This document shows positions 39,532 through 46,083 of a stretch of 46,083 nt of DNA, one piece after another. Each line of letters starts with the position of its first letter. Position 1 is the stretch's first letter. Source of the DNA: an uncultured Clostridia bacterium (GTDB taxonomy: Bacteria; Bacillota; Clostridia; Christensenellales; UBA1242); NCBI GenBank assembly GCA_947628205.1, contig CANQYX010000005.1, forward strand, positions 1-46,083, in the 5' to 3' direction. The translations under genes were made by a program, and so were the position numbers. The notes beneath the pieces are model-generated. The model did no database searches. It saw only the letters and a program-made list of their open reading frames with translations, and had not been told where the DNA came from.

Positions 39532-40314
39532 ATGATTAAGCTAAAAAATGTTAGCATTAAATACATTAAAGATTATTATTCACTTTATAATATCAATTTG
39601 GAAATAAATGAACATACACTTTTGATGGGAAATGAAACAAGTGGAAATAATTTTTTGTTGCGCTTGCTTGCTAAAATTGACAATTGTTATGAGGGCGAAA
39701 TTTATGTTGATGATATTAATTTAAAACAAATTAAAGATAAAGATTTAAACCTTGCATATATCCCCAAAACACCATATTTATTTGAAAACAAAAGTGTGTT
39801 AGAAAATTTGATTTATCCACTAAAAATTAGAAAAATTAACAAAAATGAGGCAATTTTGCGTGCAAAAACTGCAATTAAGCCCTATTTTTTGAAAATTTTT
39901 GAAATTTTTAATAAAACGAATACAGATAAAAATAATTTAAATAATAATTTAAACGATAATGATTATAACAAAAGTTATAATGATGACATTAACTTAAATT
40001 TTAATAAAGAAGAATTTGAAAATAATTTTGAAAAATTTTTAAACACAAAAATTAAAAAATTAGATTTCTCAACTAAAAAAATTATCACTCTATTGCGCGC
40101 AAAAATTAGAGAGCCAAAATATATTTTAATTGAAAACTTTTTTGAAAATTTAGATGATAATTATTTTGATTTAGTAAATGATATAATTTTAGATTTTAAA
40201 AATTCAACAATTATTGCTACGCAAAACGATGAAAAGTTTATCCCGGCATACAACAACTTTAATCAAATATTTTTTGATGCGGGGATTGCAATAAAACAAA
40301 AAAATAATTATTAA
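39532..40314 (+). CDS. Degenerate ABC-type ATP-binding domain protein
   Basis: MIKLKNVS, GEIYVD, LFENKSVLENL; Walker A reads GNETSGNN. Confidence 0.7.
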   Translation: MIKLKNVSIKYIKDYYSLYNINLEINEHTLLMGNETSGNNFLLRLLAKIDNCYEGEIYVDDINLKQIKDKDLNLAYIPKTPYLFENKSVLENLIYPLKIRKINKNEAILRAKTAIKPYFLKIFEIFNKTNTDKNNLNNNLNDNDYNKSYNDDINLNFNKEEFENNFEKFLNTKIKKLDFSTKKIITLLRAKIREPKYILIENFFENLDDNYFDLVNDIILDFKNSTIIATQNDEKFIPAYNNFNQIFFDAGIAIKQKNNY

Positions 40315-40384
40315 AATAATTTATTTTTTGATATTTTCATACAAAAGACAAGTTGTCAATATCTAAATAAAAAAAGATATCAAA

Positions 40385-41032
40385 TTATGATATCTCTTTT
40401 TCTAAATTTTTTAAATATAAGCCATTTCCTAAATTATTAATTGCCGTTGTTGTTTCATGTGCAGGTTTTGCATTTTTTAATTTTGATTTAATAATTTTAT
40501 TTAATTTAAGTTTATAATAAATCGCTACGATGCTATTGGAAAATAGTTTATTTGCTTTAAAATATTCATACAAATTATTTTCTTTTTCTTTAATTGCCTC
40601 AACAAATAATTCATCTGAAAAATATTTATCTTCAAAATAATCAATATTATCCAACCTTAAAGATATGTCAGGGTATGAACTAATTTCACCCAAAGAGGTT
40701 ATTTGATAAGGGCTTAGTGGTCTTTTTATAAGATATTTCAACAATACTCCACCCTTTCTTAAAACATATGGAGTTTGGCTAAAATTGCCTAAAATATCCA
40801 AATAAAATTTGTCATCATTTTGATTTGTAATGATTAACAAAGCATAGTTTTCATCAAATTCCACACTTTTAATTTGATGGTTTTTATTTTTTAAAATTAT
40901 TCTTGTTTTGCTTGTTGGTTTCAACACAATTTGAGAAATTTCTTGTTTATCGAAACTGACATTAATAAAGTTGCTAATATCAAGACATTGATATCGATTA
41001 GCATTTTCCATTGCTTGCTTATAATTTTTCAT
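40385..41032 (-). CDS. Orphan hypothetical protein
   Basis: AAGGAG RBS and a perfect promoter; no family recognised. Confidence 0.78.
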   Translation of the reverse strand: MKNYKQAMENANRYQCLDISNFINVSFDKQEISQIVLKPTSKTRIILKNKNHQIKSVEFDENYALLIITNQNDDKFYLDILGNFSQTPYVLRKGGVLLKYLIKRPLSPYQITSLGEISSYPDISLRLDNIDYFEDKYFSDELFVEAIKEKENNLYEYFKANKLFSNSIVAIYYKLKLNKIIKSKLKNAKPAHETTTAINNLGNGLYLKNLEKEIS

Positions 41033-41059
41033 ATTATACTCCTTTTATTCACTGCTCAT

Positions 41060-41088
41060 ATTATATCATGCAAAATTCAAGTTGTCAA
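41060..41088 (-). promoter_or_regulatory. Perfect SigA promoter TTGACA-17-TATAAT
   Basis: Direct match with extended TG. Confidence 0.85.
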
Positions 41089-41110
41089 TACCCATTTTTA
41101 AATTTGCAAC

Positions 41111-41134
41111 AAAAAAGGGCGCGATGCCCTTTTT
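41111..41134 (-). terminator. Terminator after clpC
   Basis: aaaaagggc-gcgat-gcccttttt. Confidence 0.8.
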
Positions 41135-41208
41135 AATGTTTTAATTAAAGTAAAATATATTTCTTTTATTATCCTTATAATCTTTTTTTATTATCCTTAA
41201 ATTATAGT

Positions 41209-43677
41209 TTATTCTGCTTGTTTAGTTAAAAATGTTAGTTTATCGTTTTTGCAATCCACAAGCAATTGTTGGCCGGCTTTTACTTCGCCTTTAAGCATTT
41301 TGTCTGCTAATTCGTCCTCAATTTTTGTAGTAATTAGGCGGCGAAGTGGGCGCGCGCCAAAGTCATCATTTGTGCCATTTTTAACAAGATAATTTAGTGT
41401 TGCTGGCGTAAATTTTAACTCAACTCCGCTTTGTTTTAAGTTTTTGTTTAAGTCGGCAAGCATTTTCTTTGCAATTTCTTTAAGCACAGGTTGGGAAAGT
41501 TTATTGAATTGCACAATGTTATCTATTCTGTTAATCAATTCCGGCTTGAAATATTTTTTAAGTTCGTCTAACATAACGGTGGATTTATCGTTTTTAGCGT
41601 TATCTCCAAAGCCTAAATTTACATTGGTTTTATTTAATTTATCGCTGCCAATGTTTGACGTCAAAATTATGATTGTGTTTTTAAAACTTACCACTTTGCC
41701 ATGGCTATCTGTCAAGCGGCCGTCATCCAAAATTTGAAGCAGCATATTGAACACTTCTGGGTGAGCCTTTTCAATTTCGTCAAACAATACAACACTATAA
41801 GGTTTACGCCTAACTTGTTCGGTCAACTGGCCGCCATCGTCAAAGCCAACATATCCCGGAGGGCTACCAATCAATTTTGAAACGCTGTGCGCTTCCATAA
41901 ACTCGCTCATGTCAAGGCGGATTATTTTATTTTCATCGTCGAACAACGCCTCGGCAAGTGCCTTGCTAAGTTCGGTTTTGCCCACACCAGTTGGACCTAG
42001 GAACAAGAAACTGCCAATTGGGCGGCGTGGGTCACGTATGCCGATGCGGCTACGTCTGATGGCTTTGGCAACCTTTTCAACTGCCTCATCCTGCCCTTTT
42101 ACGCGCTCGGTTAAAACTTTTTCTAGGTGCAACAATTTTTCAGCCTCGCCCTCAGTTAGTTTTGTAAGTGGAATGTTTGTCCATTTGCTTACAACTTCGG
42201 CAACGTCTTGCTCGCTGATTGTGGCAGTTTGGCTTGCCGAATTTGGCATGGTTTTTTGGCGTTCAATTTCGTCTTTAAGTTTTGAAATTTGGTCGCGCAA
42301 CTTGCTGGCTTTTTCAAAATCCTCTTGGCTTACCGCATCCTCTTTTTCTGCCTCTAATTTGTTAAGTTTTTCTTTTAGCGTTTTAACTTCTGCGCTTTCG
42401 TAATTGCTTTTAACTTTTGCGCGGCTGGATGCCTCGTCAATAAGGTCAATTGCTTTATCTGGCAAGCTGCGGTCTTGAATGTAGCGGTCGCTAAGTTCGG
42501 CGGCGGCTTTTATTGCCTCGTCCGTGATTTTAACCTTGTGGAAGGCCTCGTAACTATCCCTTAGCCCGCGCAAAATTTCGATGGTTTGCTCAACGGTTGG
42601 TGGGTCAATTGTTATTGGCTGAAAGCGGCGTTCAAGCGCTTTATCCTGCTCGATATATTTGCGATATTCGTCCGTGGTGGTTGCGCCGATAGTTTGCATT
42701 TCGCCGCGCGCAAGATATGGTTTTAACATATCTGCCGGGTTGGCCTCGCCCTTTTCGCTGCCAACTTGAGCAAGCGTGTGAATTTCGTCTATAAACACAA
42801 TAATATTTTGGTTGTTGGTTATAAGTTCGATGGCGTTTTTAAGTTTTTCTTCCATGCTGCCGCGATATTTTGTGCCTGCCATAAGTCCGCCAATGTCTAG
42901 GCTATAAATCGTTTTATTTTTTAATAAATTTGGCACATCGCCCGACACAATTCGGCGCGCAAGCCCCTCAACAACGGCGGTTTTGCCCACACCTGCTTCG
43001 CCAATTAAAACTGGGTTATTTTTGGTTTTGCGGCAAAGAATTTCTATCATGCGTTCAATTTCGCTATCTCTGCCTATAATAGGGTCAATTTTGCCATTTT
43101 TTGCGCGCAAAGTAAGGTCGGCGCCCATTTCCAAAAGTTCTTCGGGCAGTTCGGATTTATATATGTCTTGTTTTGGCTTGTTTTGTTGGTTACCCATTGC
43201 ACCAACCTGAACAAAACCATTTGTGTTAAAATCGTTTTGCTGCGTGCTTTGGTTGGGGTTTGCAATTAAACTTATGGCGCGATTGCGCATTTCGTAAACA
43301 TTAAGTTTAAGCGCGCTAGATAAAATGTTTATTGCAAAACTATCGTCTTGACTAAGCAGCGCGACAAGCAGATGTTCGGTTGAAATGTAGGCACTGTGAG
43401 TGCGCTTTGCAACCGAGCCGGCTATGGCAATCAACTCTTTAACGCGCGGAGTGATTTCCACCGTGTTTGAAGGCAAACCTTTGTTGGCAATTTGGTCAAG
43501 AATTTCTTGCACAAGGTCGCTATCCACATGGTATGCCGCCAACAATTTTTTAGATTTGCTTTCAACTTTGGTAAGCGCGTACAAAATGTGTTCGGTGCCA
43601 ACTTCGTTCGTGTAGCGCGAAGCAAATTGGCTGGCAACTTGAATGACTTTATTTGCTAAATCGGTTAAATTAAACAT
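41209..43677 (-). CDS. clpC: ATP-dependent Clp protease ATPase ClpC
   Basis: Clp-N repeats (TEH), [11 protein letters not shown] domain, [14 protein letters not shown]. Confidence 0.96.
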   Translation of the reverse strand: MFNLTDLANKVIQVASQFASRYTNEVGTEHILYALTKVESKSKKLLAAYHVDSDLVQEILDQIANKGLPSNTVEITPRVKELIAIAGSVAKRTHSAYISTEHLLVALLSQDDSFAINILSSALKLNVYEMRNRAISLIANPNQSTQQNDFNTNGFVQVGAMGNQQNKPKQDIYKSELPEELLEMGADLTLRAKNGKIDPIIGRDSEIERMIEILCRKTKNNPVLIGEAGVGKTAVVEGLARRIVSGDVPNLLKNKTIYSLDIGGLMAGTKYRGSMEEKLKNAIELITNNQNIIVFIDEIHTLAQVGSEKGEANPADMLKPYLARGEMQTIGATTTDEYRKYIEQDKALERRFQPITIDPPTVEQTIEILRGLRDSYEAFHKVKITDEAIKAAAELSDRYIQDRSLPDKAIDLIDEASSRAKVKSNYESAEVKTLKEKLNKLEAEKEDAVSQEDFEKASKLRDQISKLKDEIERQKTMPNSASQTATISEQDVAEVVSKWTNIPLTKLTEGEAEKLLHLEKVLTERVKGQDEAVEKVAKAIRRSRIGIRDPRRPIGSFLFLGPTGVGKTELSKALAEALFDDENKIIRLDMSEFMEAHSVSKLIGSPPGYVGFDDGGQLTEQVRRKPYSVVLFDEIEKAHPEVFNMLLQILDDGRLTDSHGKVVSFKNTIIILTSNIGSDKLNKTNVNLGFGDNAKNDKSTVMLDELKKYFKPELINRIDNIVQFNKLSQPVLKEIAKKMLADLNKNLKQSGVELKFTPATLNYLVKNGTNDDFGARPLRRLITTKIEDELADKMLKGEVKAGQQLLVDCKNDKLTFLTKQAE

Positions 43678-44602
43678 TCTTTTCTCCTTTTTCTTTTAAA
43701 GTTTTTTGCACTTGTTTTGCTAGATCTATCATTTCGGTTTTCGACATAAAATCGCGCTCGGAAATTGATAAGTTTTGAAGTTTGTTTAGCGTTTCGACCG
43801 CTAAATTAACTAATCCTAAATTCAACCCAGTGCGCAAAACTGAAATATGCGTTTTTAACTCGTCATAATTCATTAAATAGGCGGCTTTCAGCACTGCCAG
43901 CGTGCGGTTTGTGCGGTCAATTAACTCCTCGTGGCTGGTTGCATCCAACATTTTTGCGCTTTCCGTTTCAAGGTCTTGAAGTTTGTTGATGGTTTTTTCA
44001 AATTCGTCAAAGATTTCCGCCTCGGTTAAGCCTAAATTGCAAAGAGTTGAAAGCGTGAAAATGTTTTTGTTGTTAGTTGGCGTTAATTGATAGCCCAATT
44101 TGCGCACATTTTGCTTAACTTGTTCTATTTTATTAAGCTCAACAATTGCGCTAAAATCTATGTCGCATTCAAGTTTAATTCCTGCGCCAATTTTGGTTAA
44201 ATCACTCATTAAATAGCCATAATTATCGCTATATGCAAAACTGATTTTATTCGACAGCTCGCGCGCAAGTTCGCTTGCCTTTGTGAAAGCGGATTTATTG
44301 AACCCTTGTGCCACGCCATTTATTGTTAAATGTTCGCCGTCGAACAGCATAACGCACAAATTTTCTTGTTCGCTAAGATAGATGTTGTTGCAACGCGTGT
44401 TAGTAACTAATCGGTTAGTTTTAAGAACTTTTTGTGCATCTAAATTAATTGAACTAAGTTCGGTTAAATTCATTTTGCCTTTCATGGCAGCGGACAATTT
44501 TTCAATTATTTCGTTTTGTTTATCGGCTTCAAGTTTTGGCACAAATTTATAATCTTTCAAGTTTCTAAAAATGCTAACTTTTGTAAAAACCACATTATTC
44601 AT
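43670..44602 (-). CDS. mcsB: McsB-like ATP:guanido phosphotransferase-fold protein with degenerate catalytic motifs
   Basis: Position between mcsA and clpC; remnant motifs FRN, EHL, FAY..YGYL and NIF..LG. Confidence 0.75.
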   Translation of the reverse strand: MNNVVFTKVSIFRNLKDYKFVPKLEADKQNEIIEKLSAAMKGKMNLTELSSINLDAQKVLKTNRLVTNTRCNNIYLSEQENLCVMLFDGEHLTINGVAQGFNKSAFTKASELARELSNKISFAYSDNYGYLMSDLTKIGAGIKLECDIDFSAIVELNKIEQVKQNVRKLGYQLTPTNNKNIFTLSTLCNLGLTEAEIFDEFEKTINKLQDLETESAKMLDATSHEELIDRTNRTLAVLKAAYLMNYDELKTHISVLRTGLNLGLVNLAVETLNKLQNLSISERDFMSKTEMIDLAKQVQKTLKEKGEKNV

Positions 44603-45092
44603 TTTCTGCCTCCAACTTTTGAATTTGCTTCTTTATCTTGCCCGCATCCTCATATCTTTCTTCGCGCACGGCTGCTTGCATTTCTTGCCTTAAAGCCGCA
44701 ATTTTTTCTGCTTTTGTTTCGGTTTTCTTTTTAGTTTTGGTTGCGGTTGAAATAAGTTCTGGCTTGTGCGTTTCATAAGGGGCAATTCGCTTAACAATTT
44801 TAGAAATTTCATCTCTAAACGCGTCATAACAATTTGGACAGCCTAATTTTGATGTGTTTTTAAATTCACGCAGGCTGGTTTTGCAAACTGGGCAAACAAT
44901 GTCTGCCACCTTTTCAAATGACAAGAAATCGCTGAAAGGTGCGAACATATCATCAAAAATGCTGGTTGGAGCATTGTTAAACACTCCCTCTTTAATTGCG
45001 CACTCGCGGCACAAATTTGTGCTTTGGCTCACTCCATTAACAATTAGTGTTGAGTGATAGACACTTGGTTTTCCACAACGGTCACATTTCAT
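44595..45092 (-). CDS. mcsA: McsA
   Basis: Four CxxC motifs (including LGCPNCY) and a C-terminal UVR domain; ATG at 45092 after AAGGAG. Confidence 0.92.
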   Translation of the reverse strand: MKCDRCGKPSVYHSTLIVNGVSQSTNLCRECAIKEGVFNNAPTSIFDDMFAPFSDFLSFEKVADIVCPVCKTSLREFKNTSKLGCPNCYDAFRDEISKIVKRIAPYETHKPELISTATKTKKKTETKAEKIAALRQEMQAAVREERYEDAGKIKKQIQKLEAENE

Positions 45093-45130
45093 AATCAATT
45101 CTCCTTTTAATTTTGTTGTTTTTTAATGTT

Positions 45131-45244
45131 GAGATTTTTCGCTATTATCCACTGCGCAAATGCCTGTGAGAACTCGAGATTCTTCGCTTTGCTCAGAATG
45201 ACAGAAGTCATGTTGAGCGAAACGAAGTGAAGTCGAAACATCTC
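45131..45244. repeat. Cluster of TGTC-type palindromic repeats (one partial plus an inverted dimer)
   Basis: gagatttttcgcta; gagattcttcgctttgctcagaatgaca; gtcatgttgagcg...cgaaacatctc. Confidence 0.8.
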
Positions 45245-45324
45245 TTAATTTTTGTTTAATTTTTTAAAATTTCTCGTTTTGCATCATTTTTTGCGTTTTT
45301 TTGCAATTTTTTAATGCATTTTTA

Positions 45325-45786
45325 TCATTTTTGTTTTTGCATCAATTTAATTATAACCTGTTTTAAAATATTGCTACGAATATTATTATCAATATTTATG
45401 GGGTTATTTAGCGCTTTTGCGCTTATTGTGGTTTTAATGAGTTCACACTCGTTTGCAGTTAGCAACTTTCGCTCCGCCATTTGAGTTAAAAGTTGGTTGG
45501 CGTCTGTTAAATTTAGCGGAGTTGCGCACAAATCTAACGCGTTTTTCAAAAAGTTATCGTCATTATCCTTAACGCGTGAAACTTTAATGTACCCCGCGCC
45601 GCCGCGCTGACTTTCCACCACAAAACCGCGATTGATTGTAAAGCGCGTGTTTAGCACATAGTTGATTTGGCTTGGCACGCAGGCAAAGAATTTTGCAAGG
45701 TCGTTACGCGACAACTCAATAAAACTATCGTCGTCCAAACTGGACATTATAAATTCTTCAATTATATCACTTACACTTTTGTTCAC
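45325..45786 (-). CDS. ctsR: Class III heat-shock repressor CtsR
   Basis: SDIIEEFI, CVPSQINYVLNTRFT, ESQRGGAGYIK; GTG start after AAGGAG. Confidence 0.95.
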   Translation of the reverse strand: MNKSVSDIIEEFIMSSLDDDSFIELSRNDLAKFFACVPSQINYVLNTRFTINRGFVVESQRGGAGYIKVSRVKDNDDNFLKNALDLCATPLNLTDANQLLTQMAERKLLTANECELIKTTISAKALNNPINIDNNIRSNILKQVIIKLMQKQK

Positions 45787-45825
45787 ATTTGTTCTCCTTT
45801 TAAGAAAGCTTTTAAAATTATTAAT

Positions 45826-45870
45826 TGTCATTGCGAGGTGGTTTGACCATCAAACCGCCGTGGCAATCTC
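45826..45870. repeat. TGTC-type palindromic repeat in the ctsR leader
   Basis: tgtcattgcgag-gtggtttga..tcaaaccgc-cgtggcaatctc; same ends as 26425-26469. Confidence 0.8.
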
Positions 45871-45871
45871 A

Positions 45872-45888
45872 TTTGACTTTCTTTGACT
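45872..45888 (-). promoter_or_regulatory. CtsR box
   Basis: AGTCAAA-GAA-AGTCAAA on the minus strand matches RGTCAAAnAnRGTCAAA. Confidence 0.9.
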
Positions 45889-45897
45889 TTCGCCCTT

Positions 45898-45926
45898 ATT
45901 CTATCACTTAAAAATTGCAATGTCAA
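45898..45926 (-). promoter_or_regulatory. SigA promoter TTGACA-17-TAGAAT for the ctsR operon
   Basis: Direct match with extended TG. Confidence 0.85.
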
Positions 45927-45953
45927 GCATTTTTGCCAAATTTTTAAAAATTT

Positions 45954-45980
45954 TTAGCAAACTTTTTATTAGAGTGCTAA
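45954..45980. promoter_or_regulatory. CIRCE-like (HrcA) operator
   Basis: TTAGCAaaC-N9-GAGTGCTAA; 2 mismatches to TTAGCACTC-N9-GAGTGCTAA. Confidence 0.65.
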
Positions 45981-46013
45981 TTTTACTTACAAAAATGAAT
46001 ATATGAAATAATA

Positions 46014-46083
46014 AAAATCCACCAGCCTAGCTGGTGGTTTTTCATATAACGGGTAAAACCCTATTTCACTAGCAGCACGCAAG
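46014..46083. other. Hairpin-rich end: terminator or IS200/IS605-like element terminus
   Basis: ccaccagc-cta-gctggtgg and gggtaaaaccc hairpins; cut by the window edge. Confidence 0.35.

Noticed and set aside
45131-45244. tRNA or riboswitch in the GC-rich intergenic patch
   Set aside because: No cloverleaf or T-loop; the sequence is explained by the palindromic repeat family.

Overview
AT-rich chromosomal window from a probably spore-forming, Clostridia-like Firmicute; the taxonomy is inferred from gene content only. Most of it is core genes: dnaG-rpoD, ppdK, ybeY/era-yqzL-recO, yqfC/yqfD, ylmC, a topoisomerase IV-like pair, ddl/murF, tsaE/tsaB-rimI, nth-obgE-yhbY and ctsR-mcsA-mcsB-clpC. I found no rRNA, tRNA, CRISPR array, phage or intact transposase. 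The main candidates for new biology are: (1) a SipW-type signal peptidase operon with three related TasA/camelysin-like fibre subunits behind a ~210-nt structured leader; (2) a half sigma-70 (regions 1-2 only) translationally coupled between dnaG and rpoD; (3) widespread leaderless gene architecture, including seven genes with an exact CATA-N9-ATG sigE/sigK-type promoter; (4) a near-identical 31-bp promoter cassette attached to unrelated orphan genes; (5) several intact enzymes that have lost catalytic motifs (McsB, Pdp, an ABC ATPase); (6) a YbeY-Era fusion; (7) TGTC/CGTC-type palindromic repeats. All calls come from motif recognition by eye; no searches were run.
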